The notes: generated by a model not told the origin, from the letters alone. Positions 49,402-58,849 are shown, counted from the first letter of the stretch. The stretch is 64,000 bases of DNA from Thermodesulfobacteriota bacterium (GCA_965204035.1 OZ241964.1:1231933-1295932), one strand, 5' to 3'. Numbers and translations are program-made.

Positions 49402-50244
49402 TTATATGACCTTCGCGTCATCTCTCAAAAGCTTAACGAGTTCCCTTGCGGACTCGGCAATCTCGTCTCCCTTGACCGTAGTCTCGTCGCTTCCCTTTAT
49501 GATCCTCAGTTTTCTCTCCACTTCGGGAACCTCAAGACTCACTGTTTTTATCTTCGCCCCTGATTTGCCCACGGCATCCCTGCTGATGCCGAGAGAACCG
49601 AAATCCACATCGTCTAGGGAAACTGTTTTCATCGGTTTTCTCTTCGCTTTCATTATGTTGGGAACGGACGCGTAGCGGGGTTCGTTCATAGCGTCGGGAC
49701 AGGTTATAAGGGCCGGGAGAGAAACCTCGACGGAAACGCTTCCGCCGTCGATCTCTTTCTGGCAGACAAGCTTTTTCTCGTCAGGCTTTACGTCAATCAC
49801 CTTGCTTACAAGCGCAAGGTGCGCAATTCCAAGTTCCTCGGCTATCTGTATACCCATCTGCACGGATTCCTCGTCGATGATCTTCATCCCCGTGAAAATA
49901 AGATCCACCCCCTCGATATTTCCAAGTTCCGACGCGACAAGCTTCGAGAGAACAAGGGAATCCACGGTCTCCCCGAGAGCCTCATCCGAGACATGCACCG
50001 CGGAATCCGCGCCCATTGCAAGCCCTTGGAGCAACGCCTGTGAAGCGCGTTGCGGGCCCGCCGTGATCAGAACAACTTCGCCCCCGTATGCTTCCTTGGT
50101 CCTGATGGCTTCCTCGACGGCAAATTCATCATAAGGATTCATGATCCATTTCATGCCTTCTGTGTCTATGGAATCGCCGGAGGAACCGACCTTTATCCTT
50201 GCTTCGGTGTCCTGCGTCTGTGTTATAAAAACCACTATCTTCAC
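49402..50244 (-). CDS. etfB: Electron transfer flavoprotein beta subunit
   Basis: MKIVVFITQTQDTEARIKV...; ETF beta signature (VDLIFTGMKIIDEESVQMG). Immediately upstream of etfA. Confidence 0.85.
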   Translation of the reverse strand: MKIVVFITQTQDTEARIKVGSSGDSIDTEGMKWIMNPYDEFAVEEAIRTKEAYGGEVVLITAGPQRASQALLQGLAMGADSAVHVSDEALGETVDSLVLSKLVASELGNIEGVDLIFTGMKIIDEESVQMGIQIAEELGIAHLALVSKVIDVKPDEKKLVCQKEIDGGSVSVEVSLPALITCPDAMNEPRYASVPNIMKAKRKPMKTVSLDDVDFGSLGISRDAVGKSGAKIKTVSLEVPEVERKLRIIKGSDETTVKGDEIAESARELVKLLRDDAKVI

Positions 50245-50683
50245 CTGATACTACCTCCATGCTGGACTGATTTAATAGAGATGAAAATCTAAGGAAAAAG
50301 CAGCGGAAAAGCTGACTCCTTAGCTAGGCGTATGATTATAAATACTAGGGAGTTGCTGTCAAGAACAGAAAACCCTCTGTAGGATAGTCACCTCCCGGAC
50401 AACTTGGGCATCGTGTTGCCGAATATGTTTCGGACCGCGCTCAGCCGTCTCCCTCCATTTAATTGGAGTATCTCAAGATCGAGTCGCTCGGTCAAGACCA
50501 AGCAAAAGCTAAGCGTTATATTAAGGGCACCTCTAAGAATTGGTTTGCAACTCGAGATTATGAACCGTGGTCTGGTCTTTTCTCTCCATTTGGGTTGCTT
50601 TTGCCTTTCAAACCGAAATCCGGTTGTCCCATGTTCCTGCATCCGGTACAGCTTTATCGCATCTACACTCGCTGCCCCGTAAT

Positions 50684-50716
50684 TTGACAAGGGGGGGGGG
50701 GGTAGTCAGTTAGAAT
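50684..50716 (+). promoter_or_regulatory. Candidate promoter with TTGACA (-35) and TAGAAT (-10) separated by a 21-nt spacer that contains a G12 homopolymer
   Basis: Read directly: TTGACA at 50684-50689, G x12 at 50691-50702, TAGAAT at 50711-50716. RBS AGAGAGG precedes the ATG at 50760. Confidence 0.45.
50691..50702. repeat. Poly-G homopolymeric tract (12 G)
   Basis: Counted directly; the only long homopolymer in the window. Confidence 0.95.
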
Positions 50717-50759
50717 AACCAGTTAGTATCAAAAACATTATGACTAGAGAGGTTTTACT

Positions 50760-52190
50760 ATGAGGACGATTCTGTCTTTGTTCGTAGCATTGCTTTTTGT
50801 TGCCGGTTGCGGGGGGTCCGATAACACAGAAACACCTTCCCCTATGTGGCAAGAAGGAGTGTTTGCTCCCAGCGACGACTTCCATCAAGTCTGCGCTGAT
50901 CCAAGTAAGGCCTATGACCAGGAAACCGCCGTCCAGGGAACATACGTGGATGAAAACAACTGGTTGCGATCGTTCACTAACGAAACCTATCTTTGGTATG
51001 ATGAAGTTGTGGACACGGACCCGGCATGCTGCAGTACGCCTGAATATTTCGAAATGATGAAGACCTTTGAGACGACTTCTTCAGGCACCCCTAAAGACCA
51101 GTTTCATTTTTCAGTAAATACCAAAGAATGGGAAGAATCACAAAGGGGTATAACGTTCGGATACGGCCTTAATCTTGCAATGACCTCAGACGGAAGAGTT
51201 TTTATAATTTATGTAGAACCCAACTCACCGGCGGACAACGCGGGGTTGAGGCGCGGTATGCGTATTCTTGAAATTGACGGTGTCCCGATTGAGCAGGTGT
51301 CCGGCTCAGCCTCGTCTAAACCTGAAAGGCGTGAGTTTACTGTTTTGAGGCTTGGAGAATCACAGCCATTCTCCGTAACTATGACGTCCAAAGAGATAAT
51401 TACAAGTCCTGTTCTGGTGGTGGACATTCTAGTTGGTAGCAATTCTGGTAGTCGGATTGGCTACATGCTTTTTAATGATCATATTGCTCCTGCAGAACCA
51501 GATTTGATATCTGCTGTAGAGCATTTCGATTCTCAAGATATTGATGATTTGGTGCTTGATCTTCGCTATAATACTGGCGGTCTCGTTTATATTGCAAGTG
51601 AGCTTGCGTTTATGATTGCCGGACCACGCGCTACTGAGAATAAACTCTTTCTAGAAACTATCTATAACGTCAAGCACCCTTCAGAACCGTCCCCGTTTCA
51701 CAGTACCAGTTCAACCGGCCTTCCTTTGCCGAGTCTTAATCTGGAGCGAGTATTCGTTTTAACCACATCTAATACCTGTTCAGCAAGCGAAGCTATAATT
51801 AATGGGTTGCGGGGTATTGATGTAGAAGTTGTTTTGATCGGCGACACTACCTGTGGTAAGCCTTACGGCTTTGTTCCGGAGGACAACTGCGGCACTACTT
51901 ACTTCACAATTCAGTTCAGGGCCGTGAACGATAAGGGGTTTGGTAGTTATGCGGACGGTTTCCAGCCAACCTGCCAAGCAATAGATGACATAAGATATCC
52001 GCTTGGTGACCGCAGAGAGACTAGTTTGAGGACAGCTCTTGATTATTTAGATTCGGACCAGTGCCCTGCTTCTCAACAGACAACCAAGCCAGAGGAGGGT
52101 GAGGCGGCGAGAGTTTCTTCAGATCAGTTGGAGCCTCCTGATATTATTGAAATATGGCCTCCCGCAATACCGAGTATGATTCCGGATTAA
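50760..52190 (+). CDS. S41-family serine peptidase (C-terminal processing/tail-specific protease-like) lipoprotein with a PDZ domain
   Basis: Lipoprotein signal with VAGC lipobox. PDZ (EPNSPADNAGLRRGMRILEIDGVPI). S41 motifs DLRYNTGG, catalytic Ser in TCSASEA, catalytic Lys in DTTCGKPYG. Lower GC than the flanking genes. Confidence 0.75.
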   Translation: MRTILSLFVALLFVAGCGGSDNTETPSPMWQEGVFAPSDDFHQVCADPSKAYDQETAVQGTYVDENNWLRSFTNETYLWYDEVVDTDPACCSTPEYFEMMKTFETTSSGTPKDQFHFSVNTKEWEESQRGITFGYGLNLAMTSDGRVFIIYVEPNSPADNAGLRRGMRILEIDGVPIEQVSGSASSKPERREFTVLRLGESQPFSVTMTSKEIITSPVLVVDILVGSNSGSRIGYMLFNDHIAPAEPDLISAVEHFDSQDIDDLVLDLRYNTGGLVYIASELAFMIAGPRATENKLFLETIYNVKHPSEPSPFHSTSSTGLPLPSLNLERVFVLTTSNTCSASEAIINGLRGIDVEVVLIGDTTCGKPYGFVPEDNCGTTYFTIQFRAVNDKGFGSYADGFQPTCQAIDDIRYPLGDRRETSLRTALDYLDSDQCPASQQTTKPEEGEAARVSSDQLEPPDIIEIWPPAIPSMIPD

Positions 52191-52579
52191 GCTAGTAGTG
52201 GCGGCAGCCGGTCACCTTTCAGACTCTAAAAAACTGCTTATTTCAGGCAATGATTAAGAGAAATTACCGGCTGTTGTCGAGAATATAACGGTCTGCTTCT
52301 TTTAAGCTTGCAAACGGTTTTATCGAAACAATCCTACAAGTTTGTCAAACGCATGTAGATGGAATCATGTGTGCAAAACGCAGAGATGCTGGTGAAAACC
52401 TGCCTCCCATCAGGTTCCCAGTTGCCTTCAGGTTACTCTGCTGAGCAAAAACTCTCAGTAGGGTAATTCACACCAATCAGCAGATCGTTTGACCCCGTGA
52501 TGTTGCCACCATATTATGGTATAGACTTATATGAAAATGAGTCGGCATGCTTTTCGATCTGAGAAAGGAGACCCCGAAG

Positions 52580-53032
52580 ATGAAAATCGCTGTTGGAAGT
52601 GATGAAAAAAACGCCCTCACCGACGAGGTAATAGAGGAGCTTCGCAAAAGAGACATGGAAGTCGAGCTCTTCGGGCCTCTCGCGGACAAAAATGAGGAAT
52701 GGACCGAAGTCGCCGAGCAGGTGGCCGAAAGGGTTTCTCAAAAAGAGTGCGATCAGGGGATCCTGTTCTGCTCGACGGGAACGGGGGTAAGCATTGCCGC
52801 GAACAAGGTCCCGGGAATAAGGGCGGCCTTATGCACGGACTCAAAGACGGCCGCGGGAGCACGCATGTGGAACGACGCGAACATACTCGCCATGAGTTTG
52901 CGTCTTGTATCCCCCGACGTAGCCAAGGAAATCCTTGACGCGTGGTTCCAGAGCGAACCTGATCCTTCTGAGAGGGAAAACATAGAGAAAGTGGCAGGAA
53001 TCGAATCAAAGTACCGCAACCGGGCGGACTGA
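52580..53032 (+). CDS. rpiB: Ribose-5-phosphate isomerase B
   Basis: MKIAVGSDEKN..., GILFCSTGTGVSIAANK is the RpiB/LacAB active-site region. Start assigned to the internal ATG at 52580. Confidence 0.85.
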   Translation: MKIAVGSDEKNALTDEVIEELRKRDMEVELFGPLADKNEEWTEVAEQVAERVSQKECDQGILFCSTGTGVSIAANKVPGIRAALCTDSKTAAGARMWNDANILAMSLRLVSPDVAKEILDAWFQSEPDPSERENIEKVAGIESKYRNRAD

Positions 53033-53039
53033 TCAGAAA

Positions 53040-54071
53040 ATGGAAAGAAAAGAAAAATACAACGTGGCGATAGCGGGAGCCACGGGCGCCGTGGGACAGG
53101 AGATGATGCAGATACTCGAGGAAAGAAATTTCCCCGTGGGAGAACTGCGCCTTCTCGCTTCTGAGCGGTCCCGAGGAAGAAAATACAGCTTCTGCGGAAG
53201 GGAGATAGCCGTTTCGGTGCTGGGCGAGGACTCCTTTCGCGGCATAGACATAGCTCTTTTTTCCGCGGGCTCCGAGAGAAGCAGAAAATACGCGGACCGC
53301 GCCGTCGCAAGCGGGGCGGTGGTTATCGACAACAGTTCGGCGTTTCGGATGGACCCAGAAATTCCCCTGGTAATACCCGAGATAAACGCCCGGGCGGCCG
53401 CGCTTCACGAAAAAAAGGGGATAGTTGCCAATCCCAACTGCACGACCGCGGTAGCCGTCATGGCGCTTAAGCCCATTCATGACGTATCAAGAATAAGAAG
53501 GGTGGTAGCGACGAGTTTTCAGGCAGTCTCGGGAGCGGGGGCCGGAGGGATAGCTGAGCTTGAAAGCCAGGTGCGAAGCTGGTCTGAGAGCGGAGAGCCC
53601 CCTAGGGAAACAAACACGTTTCCCCACCAGATAGCCTTTAACGTGATCCCGCACATAGACTCCTTTACGGAGAGCGGCTACACGAAGGAAGAAATGAAGC
53701 TTCACAACGAAACGCGCAAGATACTTGGGGATGATTCCATAGTCCTCACGGCGACGACCGTTAGGGTTCCGGTTTTCCGGTCCCACTCGGTTTCACTTAA
53801 TCTTGAGACGGAAAGAAAAGTGACAGTCGAGGAGGCAAGGGAGGCCATCAGGAATTTCCCCGGGGTCTCTCTCGTTGACGACCCGGAGAATTCCGACTAC
53901 CCGATGCCGGTTGAAAGTTCCGGGAAGGACGACTGCTTTGTCGGAAGAATCAGGGAGGACTACTCGGTCAAAAACGGTCTTTCCCTGTGGGTAAGCGGAG
54001 ACCAGCTAAGGAAGGGCGCGGCTCTTAACGCAGTGCAGATAGCGGAGCTTCTGGTCAGAAACCATGGCTGA
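53040..54071 (+). CDS. asd: Aspartate-semialdehyde dehydrogenase
   Basis: NVAIAGATGAVGQEMM NAD(P)-binding N-terminus and catalytic NPNCTT Cys motif. Confidence 0.9.
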   Translation: MERKEKYNVAIAGATGAVGQEMMQILEERNFPVGELRLLASERSRGRKYSFCGREIAVSVLGEDSFRGIDIALFSAGSERSRKYADRAVASGAVVIDNSSAFRMDPEIPLVIPEINARAAALHEKKGIVANPNCTTAVAVMALKPIHDVSRIRRVVATSFQAVSGAGAGGIAELESQVRSWSESGEPPRETNTFPHQIAFNVIPHIDSFTESGYTKEEMKLHNETRKILGDDSIVLTATTVRVPVFRSHSVSLNLETERKVTVEEAREAIRNFPGVSLVDDPENSDYPMPVESSGKDDCFVGRIREDYSVKNGLSLWVSGDQLRKGAALNAVQIAELLVRNHG

Positions 54072-54606
54072 AACAGGCATTTTCAAAAAGCTTTCGGATT
54101 TTTTTCTCGCGCCGCCGAAGATCGATTCCGACGAACTCAGGGAACTGCTCGGGGAGGACGATTCCGTGCTGCTTACGGTTCAGACCCTCAGCTGCACTTA
54201 CAAGCCGAGGGCGTGGGTAGACAGAAACACTTTTTTCAGAAGCATCCTGATGCTTACGGAAAAAAGGATCCTGCTACTTAAAAACAGTTCCAAAGTGAAC
54301 GTTCTGAGGGACATAGAATTTGACACCATAACGCATCACAAGTTTGGTTCCACCAGAAGCAAGGGACTCAAGCTTGAAATAAAGACAGTTGACGCGGAAG
54401 ACTCGATAATGTTTCACCAGCAGTACAGAAATGAGTTTGAGGAGCTTTCGGAAAAATTCGAAGAAGTGATGGCCCAGGCCATTGAACTCTCCACGGAGAC
54501 TGGAGAGACTTTTTTCTGCATGCACTGCGGAGCAAAAATTCCCGCCGCGAGCGTCTTCTGTTCTTCCTGCGGGAAGAAAGTTAAGGGACTTATGCATTCA
54601 AGTTGA
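54064..54606 (+). CDS. Hypothetical protein: bacterial PH-like domain plus C-terminal zinc ribbon (CMHCG...CSSCG)
   Basis: 180 aa. The start overlaps the asd stop by 8 nt. Two CxxCG pairs at the C-terminus. Confidence 0.5.
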   Translation: MAETGIFKKLSDFFLAPPKIDSDELRELLGEDDSVLLTVQTLSCTYKPRAWVDRNTFFRSILMLTEKRILLLKNSSKVNVLRDIEFDTITHHKFGSTRSKGLKLEIKTVDAEDSIMFHQQYRNEFEELSEKFEEVMAQAIELSTETGETFFCMHCGAKIPAASVFCSSCGKKVKGLMHSS

Positions 54607-55862
54607 CGGATTAGATTCAAGCTGTAAACCGAGTATAATGTAGTGATGATAAGAACTTACAAGTGCAGGGTGAAGCTGTCCAAAGCTGGTCACGAACGGT
54701 TGACCGGTATATTCGCAATGTCTGCGGAACTGTACAACGCGGGTTTAGAATCCCGCATTGACTGCTACAAACGGACAGGCGAAGGTCGCTCGTATTATGA
54801 CCAGTGCAAGGAACTTGTTCAGGTAAGGGCGGAGCTGCCGGAGTTTGAGTCGGTGTCCAGTATTGTGTTCCGTGGCGTGCTCTCAAGGCTTGACAAGGCG
54901 TACAAGAGGTTCTTCAAGCATGGAGGCTTTCCCCGCTTCAAGAGCCGGTATCGCTGGCGGACGATAGAGATAAATGACAAGGCATGGAGTATGCTCAAGC
55001 GGGAGGGAAACAAACTGATTCTAAAGGTCAAAGGGCTTCCCCGCATTGCGGTGAAGCCTTCCCGGGAGCTTCCCCCGAACGCCATGCTCAAGGCGATTCG
55101 GATTACCAGAAAGCCTCTGCGGACGGAAGTGGCGTTATCGTACGAATTGCCGACTCCCGAGACAAAACCAGTCAGCAGCCCCGTTGGAATAGATATGGGC
55201 ATATCGAAGCGTCTGACGCTGAGCGATGGGGGAACTGTGGAAAAACGGGAGATATACAGAAAGAAACTGATACGCCTCCAACGTTCCGTATCCCGCAAGG
55301 TGAAGGGCAGCAACAACAGGCGTAAAGCAGTGCGTCTGCTCGCAAAGGAATGGCAGAGGTTATCGGACGGGGAAAGAGATTATCTTCACCGCCTGACCAG
55401 AGAGATAGTCAGGATGTACGACTTCATAGCGGTAGAGAAACTAAGGACAAAGAACATGCTTCGCGACAAGAATTTAGCAAAGAGTATTTCCGAGCAGACC
55501 TGGGGCACTGCTATTACGCTGCTTAACGAGAAGGCTGAAAGTGCTGGCGTTGGGATGGTGGCAGTGGACCCCGAGGGAACTTCTCAGGAATGCTCTGCTT
55601 GCGGAGCAACGGTAAAGAAAGACTTGAGCGTGCGTGTCCATAAATGCGACTGTGGTTATGTCGCCGACAGGGACGTAAACGCTGCAATTAATATCCTTCA
55701 TCGAGGCATCTCGATTGCGGGCGGGAATGTTACCCGCATGGTCGGAAGGATTAAAGATAAGTCAGAAGTTGTTCTGACTCGGCCAAGAACAGTGTATGAA
55801 AGTGTCAACTTAAATACATAATTCCCAAAGTTAAGGTATAGCCTCTCGGGACGGAGAAAAAA
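54607..55862 (+). mobile_element. IS200/IS605-family (IS1341-type) insertion carrying only tnpB, with no tnpA
   Basis: The tnpB ORF fills the interval between the upstream gene stop (54606) and the dapA start (55863). The ~35 bp upstream and ~40 bp downstream would hold the LE/RE and the omegaRNA (reRNA) 3' portion. Confidence 0.55.
54643..55821 (+). CDS. tnpB: TnpB (OrfB) RNA-guided endonuclease of the IS200/IS605 family
   Basis: 392 aa. RuvC-I (VGIDMGI), RuvC-II (IAVEKL), zinc finger CSACG...CDCG, RuvC-III (DRDVNAAINI). Confidence 0.85.
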   Translation: MMIRTYKCRVKLSKAGHERLTGIFAMSAELYNAGLESRIDCYKRTGEGRSYYDQCKELVQVRAELPEFESVSSIVFRGVLSRLDKAYKRFFKHGGFPRFKSRYRWRTIEINDKAWSMLKREGNKLILKVKGLPRIAVKPSRELPPNAMLKAIRITRKPLRTEVALSYELPTPETKPVSSPVGIDMGISKRLTLSDGGTVEKREIYRKKLIRLQRSVSRKVKGSNNRRKAVRLLAKEWQRLSDGERDYLHRLTREIVRMYDFIAVEKLRTKNMLRDKNLAKSISEQTWGTAITLLNEKAESAGVGMVAVDPEGTSQECSACGATVKKDLSVRVHKCDCGYVADRDVNAAINILHRGISIAGGNVTRMVGRIKDKSEVVLTRPRTVYESVNLNT

Positions 55863-56738
55863 TTGATACACGGTTCAACAGTAGCGATAGTAACGCCGTT
55901 TAAAGACGGCGCCGTTGATTACGGACGGCTAGAAGAGTTGATAGAGTTCCAGATAGAGAGCGGAACCCACGGCATAGTTCCGGTCGGAACCACGGGGGAA
56001 TCCCCCACCCTCTCTCACGCTGAGCACGAAGAAGTAATAAAATTCACCGTGGAAACAGTAAAGGAGAGGATTCCAGTGGTCGCGGGCACGGGATCAAACA
56101 GCACAGAGGAAGCCCTGCGCCTCACGAAATTCGCGGAGCGGGCCGGCGCGGACGCGGCTCTTTTGGTAACCCCTTACTACAACAAGCCAACCCAGGAAGG
56201 AATCTACCGGCATTTCCGCACGATTGCAGACGAGACATCCATTCCACTGGTACTCTACAACGTGCCCGGGCGCACGGTCGTAAACATAGAGCCGGAGACC
56301 GTGGAGAGACTTTTTTGCGACTGCGAGAGCATAATCGGCATCAAGGAAGCCTCGGGCTCGCTTGAGCAGGCAAGCAGGATCATTTCTCTCTGCGGAGAGG
56401 ACCTGATTCTTCTCTCGGGGGACGACGCGGTTAACTATCCCCTCTTAGCGGTCGGAGGCAAGGGCTTCATAAGCGTAACGGCGAACATAGCTCCCCAAGA
56501 CGTATCGGAAATGTACAACTCCTTTGCAAGGGGGGAGCTTGAGAGGGCCAAGGAGCTTCACTGCCGCCTTCTCCCGCTCAGCAGAGTTCTCTTCGTGGAA
56601 TCAAACCCGATACCCGTAAAGGCCGCTTTGGCCGTGATGGGGAAAATAAGCCCCGAGATAAGAGCCCCTCTTTACGAGCTTTCGGGAGAAAACCTAGAGA
56701 GACTGAAAAGGGAACTTGAGAGCTACGGGCTCACGTAA
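55863..56738 (+). CDS. dapA: 4-hydroxy-tetrahydrodipicolinate synthase
   Basis: GSTVAIVTPF, GTTGESPTLS; Schiff-base Lys context (GIKEASG). Apparent TTG start immediately after the tnpB element. Confidence 0.85.
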   Translation: MIHGSTVAIVTPFKDGAVDYGRLEELIEFQIESGTHGIVPVGTTGESPTLSHAEHEEVIKFTVETVKERIPVVAGTGSNSTEEALRLTKFAERAGADAALLVTPYYNKPTQEGIYRHFRTIADETSIPLVLYNVPGRTVVNIEPETVERLFCDCESIIGIKEASGSLEQASRIISLCGEDLILLSGDDAVNYPLLAVGGKGFISVTANIAPQDVSEMYNSFARGELERAKELHCRLLPLSRVLFVESNPIPVKAALAVMGKISPEIRAPLYELSGENLERLKRELESYGLT

Positions 56739-56746
56739 CACGGAAA

Positions 56747-57349
56747 TTGTCTGAATCCGACTGCCTTTTACACACTGAAGATGGAATCCCAGTATCCGGG
56801 AGAATCGTGGCCGGCGTCGACGAAGCCGGGAGAGGATGTCTGGCCGGGCCGGTCGTGGCGGGGGCCGTAATACTTGATGAGAACCGGCCTATTCACGGAC
56901 TCAGGGATTCAAAGGCGCTTTCCGAAAAAAGGCGCAATGAGCTTTTCGAGCAAATCCGGCAAAAGGCCCTGGCTTACTCGGTCGGGATAACCGGGGCTGC
57001 GGAGATTGACCGCATAAACATCCTGCAGGCGGCGCTTTTGGCAATGGAAAAAGCCGTTCTGGACCTGGGGAAAAAACCGGACTGCATTCTCATAGACGGC
57101 AACTCGAAGACTTCTCTCCCCATCCAACAAAAAACGATAATAAAAGGTGACTCAAAGTGCGCGTCAATAGCAGCCGCTTCAATTGTCGCGAAGGTGACAA
57201 GAGACCGCATCATGACCGAGATTGAAAGTGAATATCCCGGATACGGCTTCTCCCGCCACAAGGGTTATCCCACAAAAGAACACCTCGGTGCCCTGCGAAA
57301 CCTGGGGCCCTGTCCGATACATAGAAAATCCTTTAAAGGTGTCTTATAA
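56747..57349 (+). CDS. rnhB: Ribonuclease HII
   Basis: VAGVDEAGRGCLAGPVVAGAV DE motif. 200 aa. Confidence 0.9.
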   Translation: MSESDCLLHTEDGIPVSGRIVAGVDEAGRGCLAGPVVAGAVILDENRPIHGLRDSKALSEKRRNELFEQIRQKALAYSVGITGAAEIDRINILQAALLAMEKAVLDLGKKPDCILIDGNSKTSLPIQQKTIIKGDSKCASIAAASIVAKVTRDRIMTEIESEYPGYGFSRHKGYPTKEHLGALRNLGPCPIHRKSFKGVL

Positions 57350-57405
57350 CTGATTGACATAATTATATCTTGACTTTTTCCCGCTATTGAAATGATAATA
57401 TAAGT

Positions 57406-57756
57406 ATGTCTGGAATGCTCTCAGATTTGTCTCTGCCGGACAAGCTTTATTTCAAGATAGGAGAAGTAAGCGAGATCATAGGAGTGAAGCCCTATGTTCT
57501 CAGATACTGGGAAACCGAGTTCAAAGAGGTAAGGCCTATCAGGAGGAAGTCCCAGAGACTCTACGACAAGGACACGATTTATCTCTTCCACAAGATAAAG
57601 CACCTGCTCCACGATCAGAAGTTCACCATAGCGGGGGTTCAGAAAAGACTCAGGGATGAGAAAAGCGGAAGCGGAAATATATCCCCCATTTATTCGGACA
57701 AGGCGCTGTTGCGCGAAATTCTAGATGAGTTAAAATCCCTGAAGCAGGATCTCTGA
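57406..57756 (+). CDS. MerR-family HTH transcriptional regulator (small, no effector domain)
   Basis: YFKIGEVSEIIGVKPYVLRYWETEF is a MerR-type HTH. Confidence 0.6.
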   Translation: MSGMLSDLSLPDKLYFKIGEVSEIIGVKPYVLRYWETEFKEVRPIRRKSQRLYDKDTIYLFHKIKHLLHDQKFTIAGVQKRLRDEKSGSGNISPIYSDKALLREILDELKSLKQDL

Positions 57757-57806
57757 ACGGGCCGCTTCGCGTCCTGTTCGCCTCTGATCCGGTTTCTTGT
57801 TAAATA

Positions 57807-57882
57807 CGGGGTGTGGCGCAGTTGGTAGCGCACCGGTCTGGGGGACCGGGGGTCACCGGTTCAAGTCCGGTCACCCCGACCA
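57807..57882 (+). tRNA. tRNA-Pro(GGG)
   Basis: CGGGGTGTGGCGCAGTTGGTAGCGCACCGGTCTGGGGGACCGGGGGTCACCGGTTCAAGTCCGGTCACCCCGACCA; anticodon loop CTGGGGG. Confidence 0.85.
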
Positions 57883-58004
57883 AATCAAACCCGCAAGTCA
57901 GTTTCCAACGCAAGTTCCGTTGTCCATGCGACTCTCTCAGTACGCAGGGATTGGCTGTTGCGAGAAATCCCTGATGGGTTAAAATCTAGCCGGAACTTTT
58001 TGTT

Positions 58005-58081
58005 CGGGGTGTAGCGCAGCTTGGTAGCGCACCGGCTTCGGGAGCCGGGGGTCACCGGTTCAAATCCGGTCACCCCGACCA
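58005..58081 (+). tRNA. tRNA-Pro(CGG)
   Basis: CGGGGTGTAGCGCAGCTTGGTAGCGCACCGGCTTCGGGAGCCGGGGGTCACCGGTTCAAATCCGGTCACCCCGACCA; anticodon loop TTCGGGA. Confidence 0.85.
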
Positions 58082-58090
58082 TTCCCAGAC

Positions 58091-58849
58091 ATGAAACCTA
58101 AGATACTGCTCTCAAATGATGACGGGGTGAATTCAGAAGGCCTAAAAGCGCTTGGAGAGGCCCTCTCTCACCTGGGAGAAGTCTACACCGTGGCTCCAGA
58201 CCGCGACCAGAGCGCCTCGAGTCACTCGCTTAACCTCATGAGACCTCTCAGGATCGAGGAAATTTCAGAAAGAGTGTTCTCCGTGGACGGAACTCCCACC
58301 GACTGCGTGAATCTCGCAGTGAACGGAATTCTGGGTGAGAGGAAACCCGATCTCCTGGTCTCGGGAATAAACATGGCCGCCAACCTAGGAGATGACATAA
58401 CGTATTCGGGGACCGTAAGCGCCGCCATAGAGGCGACTCTTATGAAAATCCCCGCAATAGCGGTATCGCTCGCGGCGAAAAAAGACTTTCTGTTCCAAAC
58501 CGCCGCCCACTACTCAAGGGTGGCCGCGGAATTCGTTCTTAAAGCCGGTCTTCCCGAGAACACACTGCTCAATGTGAACGTGCCCAATCTCCCTCTTGAG
58601 GAAATAAAGGGAATACGGATTACGCGCCAGGGCAAAAGGGTTTACGAGGCTCCAATAGTCGAGAATACGGATCCCAGGGGGAAGAAGTATTACTGGATAG
58701 GCGGAAACGAGCTCGATTCCCTTAGAATTGAAAACTCAGACATAGTGTCCGTTCTTGAAGGCTACGTCTCCATAACCCCGATAAAGCTCGATATGACGGA
58801 TTACGGGTACCTCGAAGAGCTCAGGGAACAACTAGAGAACCATGCTTAA
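58091..58849 (+). CDS. surE: 5'/3'-nucleotidase SurE
   Basis: ILLSNDDGVNSEGLKAL N-terminus with conserved Asp residues and GTPTDCV. Confidence 0.9.
   Translation: MKPKILLSNDDGVNSEGLKALGEALSHLGEVYTVAPDRDQSASSHSLNLMRPLRIEEISERVFSVDGTPTDCVNLAVNGILGERKPDLLVSGINMAANLGDDITYSGTVSAAIEATLMKIPAIAVSLAAKKDFLFQTAAHYSRVAAEFVLKAGLPENTLLNVNVPNLPLEEIKGIRITRQGKRVYEAPIVENTDPRGKKYYWIGGNELDSLRIENSDIVSVLEGYVSITPIKLDMTDYGYLEELREQLENHA

Noticed and set aside
50377-52340. 8-11 bp inverted repeat TGTAGGAT(a)GT / ACaATCCTACA near the two ends of the S41 lipoprotein island
   Set aside because: Too short to distinguish from chance in 64 kb. No target-site duplication or transposase is seen; kept only as a note.
52617-53480. 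287-aa and 185-aa minus-strand ORFs antisense to rpiB/asd, rich in Arg/Pro
   Set aside because: Typical GC-rich antisense shadow ORFs with no RBS and no homology. The sense-strand genes are confidently identified.
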